The notes beneath the pieces are model-generated. The model was not told the origin of the DNA and did no database searches. It was given only the letters and a program-made list of their open reading frames with translations. Positions 55,920-64,000 of a stretch of DNA of 64,000 bases are shown here, piece after piece. Origin of the DNA: a virus; the IMG/VR virus record IMGVR_UViG_3300019776_000564, positions 32,001 to 96,000 of that record. One strand, written 5' to 3'. Both the position numbers and the translations under genes were made by a program. Numbering within the stretch: the first letter of the stretch is position 1; the number at the start of each line of letters is the position of its first letter.

Positions 55920-58007
55920 TTGGAAAACATGGATCGCATTCAACGCATTGCCATTATGAGAGAGGCGATTACCAAAATCGCCCAGATCCTCTCTGACGGC
56001 AAAGTTCTCGTAACTCAGTCAGGTGTTAAGGCGTTCGTTAAGTACGACGAGCGCACTATGAAAGCAACTCGCGTCAACTTGCCAATGATCCCGGATGACG
56101 CAAGTGACGAACTGATTGAAGCTGTTCAGGGCTTTCTTGACAGCGAGATCTCCAAAGTCCTCTATGCGGACGGCAAGTCCAACCTGCGTGCTGCGCACGA
56201 AAACATGGCCTCGCTGTACAACCCGCTTGAGTCCTTCTTTTGCGAGAAGGAAATGGTCAAGAACTTCCAGGGTTCTCGCCATAACCTCGCAAACATGCAC
56301 CAGACTTTCGTGGACAAGTTCATCACGCCACGACTGAAAGAAGCTCTCGCTAATGGCGCAGAAGAGCAAGAGCTTTTCCAAGTTCTCGCAGTTCCCGCAT
56401 TGCGAGCGTGGGGCGGCCAAAAGTTCTTCCAAGACTACATGAGCGATAAGTGGTCTCTGATCGCCGGCATTCAGAAGCAGCTTGATCCGATTGCCAAGAA
56501 AATGCAGACCATGACCAAAGCGTCTGACTGCTATGACATGGCGAAGCAGATTCGCAATGTCGTAATGGGTGAGCCGCCTGAAGGTGATGGTGACAACCCG
56601 TTCGGTGATGAAGATCCGAGCAAGAAAGGTGGCGGTGGCGGTAAAGGTAGCAGCGGTAAAGGTGGCAAGGGTGGTAAAGGCGCCCCTCCACCAAAAGCTA
56701 ACAAGGGCAAAGGTGCAGGTGAACTAGGCGACGAAGAAGAGTCTGAAGAAGACGAGGACGAAGAGTCTTCGGGTGGCCCGGGCGAGAAGTCTGAAGAAGA
56801 CGCAGACGCAGAAGACGGCTCCGGCGTCGAAGATGATGACGACCTGGAAGAAGACGAGGAAGGTGAAGACGGCGAAAAGCCCGACCCTCGTAAAGAAGAC
56901 GCCCAATCCGGTGCCGACGGTCAGTCCAATCAGCAAGAGCGTGAGAAAGGTACTGAAGATACCGAGTCCGCTCAAGCCGATTACGGCGGCGCGAACTTCA
57001 TGAAGGACTTCGACTGGGACAAGGTTCAGGACATCGGCACTGAATTTGGTCAGTACGTTACCGATCTGTGCTCGACAGAAATGGATAACGAGGACTACAC
57101 GGTCTTTACTCGCGAGTGGGATCAGCTTGAGCCTCCAAAAATCCCATCGAGCTACAGTCCGAAGTGGCTCGATGACCTCGAAAAGTCAATCGCTGGTATG
57201 GTTGGCCCTGTTGCGCGTCAGCTTGAGCGTGCTTTTGCCGCACGTAACAAGTCTCTGACTCAGCAAGGTCTTCGTAAAGGCAAGCTGTCTTCCAACAATC
57301 TGTATCGTCTGACCGCTGGTGACGATCACATTTACAAGAACAAGATTGAGCACAAGACCCGAGAAATTGCTGTGTCTCTGGTCATCGACTGCTCCGGCTC
57401 TATGGGTGGTTCCAAGATCCATACTGCAATGTGCTCAGCGTGGGTGCTTGCTGATGTTCTCGGTCGACTCGGCGTCGATTGCGAGATCATGGGCTTCACT
57501 ACTGGCGACCTGTACGCTCAGCGGTCTAAAGACCTGTACAAAGAAATGTGCGACGCAAGTAATGCCGGCCGTGAGTTCGACCGCTGTGAGCCGTTGCGAC
57601 TTCCTCTCTTCAAGAGCTTCCAAGAGAAGTTCTCGATTGAGGTCAAGAAGCGAATGGCGAGTTACGCTCACGTTCAGTCTTCTATGGCGAGCAACATTGA
57701 CGGCGAGTCCGTTCAATACGCCTATGAGTCTCTGTGTCGCCATGCAAACAAGGGTAAGCGTAAAGGCAAGATGATGATCGTCTTCAGCGACGGTCAACCT
57801 GCAGGCGGCGTAGACAGTCGTAAGCTGAACGCCCACTTGAAGGCTGTGGTGAATCGAATCGAGAAGGACGGCACTAACATTGTTGGTGTAGGCATTATGT
57901 CCAACTCTGTCCAGCATTTTTACCGCAAGAACGTCAAGCTGGATAACGTTGCTGAGCTGCCGGGCATCGTCCTCAAGCAACTCCGGGACGCTCTGCTTTC
58001 CGCTTAA
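55920..58007 (+). CDS. CobT-like vWA domain protein
   Basis: acidic linker, DCSGSM MIDAS motif, NIDGES, SDGQP. Confidence 0.85.
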   Translation: MENMDRIQRIAIMREAITKIAQILSDGKVLVTQSGVKAFVKYDERTMKATRVNLPMIPDDASDELIEAVQGFLDSEISKVLYADGKSNLRAAHENMASLYNPLESFFCEKEMVKNFQGSRHNLANMHQTFVDKFITPRLKEALANGAEEQELFQVLAVPALRAWGGQKFFQDYMSDKWSLIAGIQKQLDPIAKKMQTMTKASDCYDMAKQIRNVVMGEPPEGDGDNPFGDEDPSKKGGGGGKGSSGKGGKGGKGAPPPKANKGKGAGELGDEEESEEDEDEESSGGPGEKSEEDADAEDGSGVEDDDDLEEDEEGEDGEKPDPRKEDAQSGADGQSNQQEREKGTEDTESAQADYGGANFMKDFDWDKVQDIGTEFGQYVTDLCSTEMDNEDYTVFTREWDQLEPPKIPSSYSPKWLDDLEKSIAGMVGPVARQLERAFAARNKSLTQQGLRKGKLSSNNLYRLTAGDDHIYKNKIEHKTREIAVSLVIDCSGSMGGSKIHTAMCSAWVLADVLGRLGVDCEIMGFTTGDLYAQRSKDLYKEMCDASNAGREFDRCEPLRLPLFKSFQEKFSIEVKKRMASYAHVQSSMASNIDGESVQYAYESLCRHANKGKRKGKMMIVFSDGQPAGGVDSRKLNAHLKAVVNRIEKDGTNIVGVGIMSNSVQHFYRKNVKLDNVAELPGIVLKQLRDALLSA

Positions 58008-58102
58008 TTCCCATTGAACGCCCAGTTGTGAGCGTAGAAAATACGCTCACTTTCAAACGTTACATAGAAACACTTCAACCATTAGATAGAGAGGATTCAC
58101 AA

Positions 58103-59332
58103 GTGAGCAACGACAAAATCAAGTGCCAGATCTGCGGCGAAGAAGTACACAGCATCGCTAACCACCTCAAGACTGCGCACGGTGAAGACTCCGAAACCCC
58201 GATGGATCTGGAAGCGTACCGTGCAGCATACCCTGGCGCTGATCTGCTCTCTGAAACCGCCAAGAAGAAAATGGCTGAAATGAAAGCCAAGCGTGAAGCT
58301 GAAGAAGCGAAAACCGCCTCTGCTGCTCCAGCGCCAGGTTCCAAACCTGCTCAATCGGGCGACCCGGATGTAGAGCAAGTGTTCTTCCACGAAGCCTTCC
58401 GCTTCCCGAAAAGCACGAAGTCTGCTCTGACCAAATCGGGCAACGGCATTCCTTGCACTGCTGACGCTCGTAAGGGTGGCGATGACGAGCACATGGTTCC
58501 AGCGTGGTCTGACAACTACATCCTTAACCCCGATCTGACCAAGACCGTCATGATGGCAATGGAACTTCGCACGCCGATCTTCCTGTATGGTCACTCCGGC
58601 GTTGGTAAGTCTTCGATCTTCAAGCAAATGTGCGCTGGCTTGAACCGTCGTCTGTTCCGCTTTCAGCACACTGTCGATACCGAAGAGTCGCACATCGTTG
58701 GTCAGTGGGTCGTCAAGCCTCACATCAACCCTGATGGCTCCGCTGTATCGGTTACTGAGTTTGAACTCGGCCCGCTGCCTACTGCGATGCTGAAAGGCTG
58801 GACTTACCTCGCTGACGAAATCGACCGTTCGTCTCCGACCGTTCTGTCTGCGTATCAAGCGATCCTCGAAGGCGAGCCGCTGATCATCAAAAACGCCCCA
58901 GCGCATTTGCGAGTGATCCGCCCTCACCGTCTGTTTGCGTTCGCTGCAACTGGTAACACGAACGGTACTGGCGACCAATCCGGTCTGTACCAAGCAACTC
59001 TGACTCAAGACGCCGCAACCATCGAGCGTTTTGGTGTAGTCGCTATGGTTGACTACCCACCAGAGAAGCAAGAGATTGCGATGATCGCCGCTGCTACTGG
59101 TCTGAACGAAGCGGACGCGAAGAAAATTCGCCAGTTCGCAGACGAGATCCGTAACAAGTCGTTCCCGAACATCGTGTCGCTGACCATCGGCCCTCGCGTT
59201 GCCATCAACATCGCTCGAATCGGCATGATGAAAGCGGACTTCGTAGAAGGCGCAATGTACGCCTACTGCAACCGTCTGCCAGAAGCAGAGAAAGAAGCAG
59301 CGTTGGGTGTTGCGAAACGTATCCTGAGCTGA
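58103..59332 (+). CDS. CobS/MoxR-like AAA+ ATPase with N-terminal C2H2-like Zn finger
   Basis: CQIC..HL..AH; GHSGVGKS, LADEID, ATGN, ERF; GTG start after GAGG. Confidence 0.85.
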   Translation: MSNDKIKCQICGEEVHSIANHLKTAHGEDSETPMDLEAYRAAYPGADLLSETAKKKMAEMKAKREAEEAKTASAAPAPGSKPAQSGDPDVEQVFFHEAFRFPKSTKSALTKSGNGIPCTADARKGGDDEHMVPAWSDNYILNPDLTKTVMMAMELRTPIFLYGHSGVGKSSIFKQMCAGLNRRLFRFQHTVDTEESHIVGQWVVKPHINPDGSAVSVTEFELGPLPTAMLKGWTYLADEIDRSSPTVLSAYQAILEGEPLIIKNAPAHLRVIRPHRLFAFAATGNTNGTGDQSGLYQATLTQDAATIERFGVVAMVDYPPEKQEIAMIAAATGLNEADAKKIRQFADEIRNKSFPNIVSLTIGPRVAINIARIGMMKADFVEGAMYAYCNRLPEAEKEAALGVAKRILS

Positions 59333-59413
59333 GAGCATGACCTACGCGCTTAGCGCATAGTTGAAAAGCAGGTCTTCGGACCTGCTTTTTTGTTTCTGCT
59401 AATAGGAGTTGGT

Positions 59414-59959
59414 ATGAGCTACGACAAACCCGGATGTTTTGGGAATGCCATCACTTACAGCAATAGATCGTTGGTATGCGGAGAGTGCGAAGAAAGCCAG
59501 TCATGCGCTCTGGCTGCTCGTCAGAGGATCGAAGAGCTTCGATCCATGATAAGTGTAGAGCCGATCCTTAGAATGTCCCACAAGCAGCCACAGAAGCTTG
59601 AGAAGCATCCTGAGGTGTATGAAGACTTACCCGCCGCAGCCCAGAAAATAATTGCTACGCTTCCTATTGAAGCGCAGAACTTAGCTGCTCAACTGGTTAG
59701 GATGAAAGTCAATTTCAGGAAGCAGCTACTGTCAGGTGTTAACCCGATAAGGCATCAGAAGCCGCTCGCTGTATCAGTCCTTTTTGATCTTCTTCTATCT
59801 GGTCAGGTTGACAGGTTGACATACCTAAACTCCCTGAAGGAGAGACTGGGTTACACAGATACGGTATCGGCAACTCAAGCATCGATCAGCATAAAGGCTT
59901 TAACAGGATTGGGTATCGTGAAAGTCGAGGATGAAAAACTTGTTATCAGAGGCTTATAA
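59414..59959 (+). CDS. hypothetical Zn-binding protein
   Basis: PGCFG...CGEC...C; start after GGAG. Confidence 0.65.
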   Translation: MSYDKPGCFGNAITYSNRSLVCGECEESQSCALAARQRIEELRSMISVEPILRMSHKQPQKLEKHPEVYEDLPAAAQKIIATLPIEAQNLAAQLVRMKVNFRKQLLSGVNPIRHQKPLAVSVLFDLLLSGQVDRLTYLNSLKERLGYTDTVSATQASISIKALTGLGIVKVEDEKLVIRGL

Positions 59960-62900
59960 ATGAAGAACCTATTGGGTGCAAAAACCCACTTCTCGCTTGG
60001 CGAATCAATCTACGACCCGGAAGCTCTAGTCAAAAAGGCAGAGCTTGCCGGGTATGAAGGCATTGTGGCGACGGATGTCGATTCAATCGACTCGATGCCT
60101 ACTCTGTCCGGCAAGTCAAAAGGCTTGAAAGTGGGTCTTGGTGTACAGATCGCTGTAGTAGAAGACCTAAAATGGGAAGCTGCAAAGCGCGGTGAACCAA
60201 AACGAAAGCCCAACCCGGTTTTCGTTACGACCTTGTTCGTCAGAAACGAAGAAGGCTTTAAGGACATCTGCGAGCTTTTGACCCTCGCACAGTCAGAGTC
60301 CAACTACTGCTCCAAGCCTGCTCGTATGCAAATCGATATGCCGCAGCTTATCGATTTCGTATCTCGGGGCAACCTGACTATGACTCTGGGAAGCTCTTAC
60401 AGCGCGCTACAGCTTAGAAAGCGCGAAGAGATCATAGACGCACTGTGCGATCATTTGGACGTCTCACAAGTCGTCTCAGAAGTCGTACCAGTTAACTCTA
60501 TGTTCTATGACGCGCATAATGCGCAGATGCTGAAGCTGAAGCTGGATCGGGGCATCGAAGGCATCATTACTCGCCCAACTCTCTATCAAAAAGGGGAGGC
60601 GAAGTTCCGAAACACAATGAACTCCATTCTCTCCCACGACCGCGTTGATAGCGTGTTCAGACGAGAGCCTGCTGAGGATCTTCATGTTCTTGAATGCGCC
60701 GAGTTGGACTCTGAAGTAGAGCGCCTTTACGATCGTCTGGTTGCAGCCGGGTCAGATCCATTCAAGACTCAAGGCTTCTTGGAGAAAGCGTGTGAGAAGA
60801 CGGAGAAGTATTTCACTGACCATCCTTATCAGTGGAAGAAGATGGCTCCTTCTCTTCCCGTAATGTCGTCTAACCCGCGACTGGACATCATTGCGCTGTG
60901 CAAGAAAGGTTGGCGTGAGCGTCTCGGCAAAGAAGTATTTGGGTACAAGCCAGATGCTTCGATTCTTCCTGTCTATCAGGAGAGGCTTAAATACGAGCTT
61001 AGCGTTCTAAACAAGATGGGCTTTGAACCGTACTTTCAACTGGTTCACTTTATTGTGGATTGGTCTAAGAAGAACAAGATCATGGTTGGCCCGGGTCGTG
61101 GATCTGTTGGCGGTTCGTTGATCGCTTTTCTTATGGGTATCACCGACGTAGACCCGGTGAGATTCAACCTCATCTTTGAGCGATTCATTAACCCTGAGCG
61201 TATCGACTTGCCAGATATCGACCTCGACTTTATGTCGAGCCGCCGTCAGGACATTGTTGATCACTTGGTTAGCGCCTTCAGTGAAGACTGCGTTGTCCAA
61301 ATCGCCAACTACAACACCATCGCTGGTGCCGGCGCTATTCAAGCGGTGAGCAAAGCCTATGGCCTTCATGAGAGCCAGTACGAGTGCTCCAAGCTCGTAC
61401 CTAAGGAGTCTGGTGTTCCAGTTCCTCTTGAGAAGGCCGTTGCGTATGTACCCGAGCTTGAGAAGCTTGCTCTTAACCATCCTGAGGTTTGGGCAGCATC
61501 TGTAGGTCTTCAGGGCACGTTCAAGAACTTCGCGAAGCACGCGGCAGGTGTAGTGGTTGCTGGTTGCGACATCGTTGAACGTGGCGTTGTTAACCGACGT
61601 AGCGGTGTTGGTATCGTTAACTGGGACAAGCGTGTCGTCGAAGACTTTGGTCTGATCAAGCTCGACGTACTCGGCCTGAGTAACTTGGACATTCTCAGAT
61701 TGTGTCAAGATTACATTCGCGAGAGCGCCGGCATTGAGGTCGATTTCACATCGCTACCTCTTGATGACAAGAGGGTCTTGCAGTCATTCGCTGAGGGTAA
61801 AACCTACGGTGTATTCCAGTTTGAATCCGGCGGTATGCGTAAGCTACTAAAGGATCTTGGTTCTGGCGGCAACCTGACGTTCGATGACTGCGTTGCAGCA
61901 ACAGCTTTGTTCCGACCCGGCCCTATCCAAGCTGGTCTGATGGATATGTATGTCGCGATCAAGAAGGAGTTTCAAGAACCCGAGTACCTTCACCCGAACA
62001 TGAAAGCCGCTCTTGAGCCAACGATGTCAGTAATGGTCTATCAGGAGCAGGTAATGCAGATCTCGCGTGACCTTGCTGGGTATACATTCCCTGAGGCAGA
62101 CGGTCTTCGTAAGATCATGGGCAAGAAAGACCCTGTGAAAATGGCCGAGCAGCGAGACAAGTTCGTTGATGGCTGTATTGCAACGTCAGGTCTTGATCAT
62201 GGTACGGCGACGTTCATCTTTGAGCAGATCGAAAAGTTCGCTGGTTACGGCTTCAACAAGTCCCATTCTGTGGCGTATACCCTGATCTCGTATATGACCA
62301 TGTGGGTCAAGGTCTACTATCCAGAAGCGTTCTATGCAGCCTGCTTGTCGATCTTGGACGAACAGAAACTCGCCGGTCTCGCCAAAGATGCTCAGGCTAA
62401 CGATATCTACATCGTACCTCCTGATATCAACCACAGTTCCGGTCGATATGAAGTTGGCTTTGATGCTTCAAGAGGTCAAAAGATTCTGTATGCCCCATTC
62501 CAGTCAATCAAAGGCATGAGCGACAAGTCGGCATCCGCAATCGTAGAGGCTCGTAAGAAGCTAGGTAGGCCGTTCAAGAACAAAGCTGAGCTTATCCTTG
62601 AGGTAGACCGTCGCGCCTGTAATAAGCGTCACCAAGAGCTTCTGGATAAGGTTGGAGCGTTCAGTCTGATCGAACCCGGTCAGCTTCCTTCGAGACACCC
62701 GGATCGTCTTCGCGACCAAAAGGAACTGTTACCGGGTATCGTCGTTAGCAACGTAAAAGCCGAACGAGTGATCGAAATCACTGGCGCGGTAAGCGCTGAG
62801 CTTATTCAGATCGTTGAGGACTACCAGTCCAACAAGGGCTGTGACGGCTGTCCGTTTATTGGTCGAGCGCACCCACAGCCTGTCTTGGGTAAGAAACCTA

Positions 62901-63352
62901 AGGTGATGATCGTGTTGGACGGCCCTTCCTACAAAGAGGAAGAGAAGGGTCAGATGATGGTCGGCGACACTGGCAATTTCATCAAGACGGCTTTGCAGAA
63001 AGCTGGACTCAAAATGTCCGATGTCTACGTGACCAGTTACATCAAGGCTAGAAAGCTCAAAGAGGAAGAGATTGAGAACACCACTGCCAACGGTTGTGGC
63101 AAGTTCTTGCAGCGGGAAATTGAACTGCTGAAACCTCCGGTCATTGTAGCTTTGGGCAGCAAGTCTGTAAGACAGCTTGTGCCGGATATCAAAGGAGGCT
63201 GGGAAGAGAACTGCGGCAAGTCTTTCTTCGATCCTAAAACAGACTGCACCGTAGTTTCTGGCTTCAATCCGGCAATGATCTGCTTCGACGGAGCCAAGCA
63301 GTCACTTCTTGACGCGGTATTCAAGCAAGTAGCCGACATATTCGACTTATAA
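59960..63352 (+). CDS. dnaE: DNA polymerase III alpha subunit with C-terminal UDG-like domain
   Basis: PHP (THFS), GPGRGS, PDIDLD, KHAAGVV, GVFQFES, FNKSHS motifs. Confidence 0.93.
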   Translation: MKNLLGAKTHFSLGESIYDPEALVKKAELAGYEGIVATDVDSIDSMPTLSGKSKGLKVGLGVQIAVVEDLKWEAAKRGEPKRKPNPVFVTTLFVRNEEGFKDICELLTLAQSESNYCSKPARMQIDMPQLIDFVSRGNLTMTLGSSYSALQLRKREEIIDALCDHLDVSQVVSEVVPVNSMFYDAHNAQMLKLKLDRGIEGIITRPTLYQKGEAKFRNTMNSILSHDRVDSVFRREPAEDLHVLECAELDSEVERLYDRLVAAGSDPFKTQGFLEKACEKTEKYFTDHPYQWKKMAPSLPVMSSNPRLDIIALCKKGWRERLGKEVFGYKPDASILPVYQERLKYELSVLNKMGFEPYFQLVHFIVDWSKKNKIMVGPGRGSVGGSLIAFLMGITDVDPVRFNLIFERFINPERIDLPDIDLDFMSSRRQDIVDHLVSAFSEDCVVQIANYNTIAGAGAIQAVSKAYGLHESQYECSKLVPKESGVPVPLEKAVAYVPELEKLALNHPEVWAASVGLQGTFKNFAKHAAGVVVAGCDIVERGVVNRRSGVGIVNWDKRVVEDFGLIKLDVLGLSNLDILRLCQDYIRESAGIEVDFTSLPLDDKRVLQSFAEGKTYGVFQFESGGMRKLLKDLGSGGNLTFDDCVAATALFRPGPIQAGLMDMYVAIKKEFQEPEYLHPNMKAALEPTMSVMVYQEQVMQISRDLAGYTFPEADGLRKIMGKKDPVKMAEQRDKFVDGCIATSGLDHGTATFIFEQIEKFAGYGFNKSHSVAYTLISYMTMWVKVYYPEAFYAACLSILDEQKLAGLAKDAQANDIYIVPPDINHSSGRYEVGFDASRGQKILYAPFQSIKGMSDKSASAIVEARKKLGRPFKNKAELILEVDRRACNKRHQELLDKVGAFSLIEPGQLPSRHPDRLRDQKELLPGIVVSNVKAERVIEITGAVSAELIQIVEDYQSNKGCDGCPFIGRAHPQPVLGKKPKVMIVLDGPSYKEEEKGQMMVGDTGNFIKTALQKAGLKMSDVYVTSYIKARKLKEEEIENTTANGCGKFLQREIELLKPPVIVALGSKSVRQLVPDIKGGWEENCGKSFFDPKTDCTVVSGFNPAMICFDGAKQSLLDAVFKQVADIFDL

Positions 63353-63420
63353 CCCGTGTAAACCCTGAGAAAGAGCGCTTAAATAGCGCTCGACTCACTC
63401 ACATAAACAGCGAGATCCCC

Positions 63421-64000
63421 ATGCCCACAGAAGTAAACGATATTGACGAATTGGAAAGCCTTCTCTCTGGCTTGAGTCCCGATGAACTCGGCCAGTTGGA
63501 TGAACTGGACGGTCTTGATGACCTAAGCGGTCTGGAGGAGCTTGACGCGCCCCCTGCCGAACCAGTCGCAGCAAAGCCAACTCGCAAGCGTCGTCTCAAG
63601 CCTCTCAAAGAAGAACCCGAAGAGCCTGAACTGTCGGCTCTGAACGTTGACACCGCTACGGGCAAAGTCACCAGTGACGACCCGGAAGTAAACGGTGACG
63701 ACGATCTCGCAGCTTTGGCTGATCTCGACGAGAAACCTGAAAGCAAGCCGGTGAGCGATCCGAACCTGCTCGCTGAGCAGGTAATCGAACTGATGGTAAA
63801 AATTCCAGAAGAGTTCGGCTGCTCGACGGAAGAAGACTACATGGAAGTCTTCGGCTCAGTGCTTTCTGATATCGACGCAAGTTCGACTATCGAAGGCATC
63901 GAAAAGAACATGCGCGCAGCATTCGAGGCGAAATTCGGCAAAGCAGTTGATCCTGCTGAAGTCGAAGTCGAGAAGGTTGCTGAGAGCACCGAAGAGGTCG
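63421..64000 (+). CDS. highly acidic protein (truncated by the window end)
   Basis: ATG 63421, frame open to the end (MPTEVNDIDELESLL...). Confidence 0.7.
   Translation, partial: MPTEVNDIDELESLLSGLSPDELGQLDELDGLDDLSGLEELDAPPAEPVAAKPTRKRRLKPLKEEPEEPELSALNVDTATGKVTSDDPEVNGDDDLAALADLDEKPESKPVSDPNLLAEQVIELMVKIPEEFGCSTEEDYMEVFGSVLSDIDASSTIEGIEKNMRAAFEAKFGKAVDPAEVEVEKVAESTEEV

Noticed and set aside
58097-59338. long antisense ORF (413 aa) and similar antisense ORFs over structural and replication genes
   Set aside because: Shadow ORFs caused by codon bias of well-supported + strand genes; no RBS or recognisable motifs.

Overview
This window is part of a large tailed dsDNA phage genome (siphovirus-type, lambda-like tail tip). 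Its gene set (DnaE, ATP-dependent ligase, DnaB, primase, CobS/CobT-like pair, PhoH, twin ParB-like + ABC ATPase + GNAT genes upstream of the terminase) resembles SSU5/pHCM2-type phages and phage-plasmids. A gammaproteobacterial host, possibly Pseudomonas, is an inference only. Layout: ~1-12.4 kb small accessory/early genes; 12.5-13.0 kb tRNA cluster; 13-19.3 kb helicase and a putative DNA-modification cluster; 19.6-45.7 kb packaging, head and tail; 45.8-47.1 kb lysis; 47.1-64 kb replication. The standout signal is a ~1.49 kb island (3073-4562) with no GG or CC dinucleotide. It encodes three proteins with no Gly, Pro or Trp and uses GG-free RBSs and terminator. A dense array of ~9 Fur-box-like palindromes lies on its left; a 20-bp inverted repeat and three phased direct repeats lie on its right. 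Other notable items: a Hint (intein-like) domain at the N-terminus of the central tail fibre, two candidate structured RNAs near 10-11 kb, an atypical 8/4- or 9/3-fold tRNA(GTA), and a DnaE fused to a UDG-like domain. All assignments were made by eye; no searches were run.
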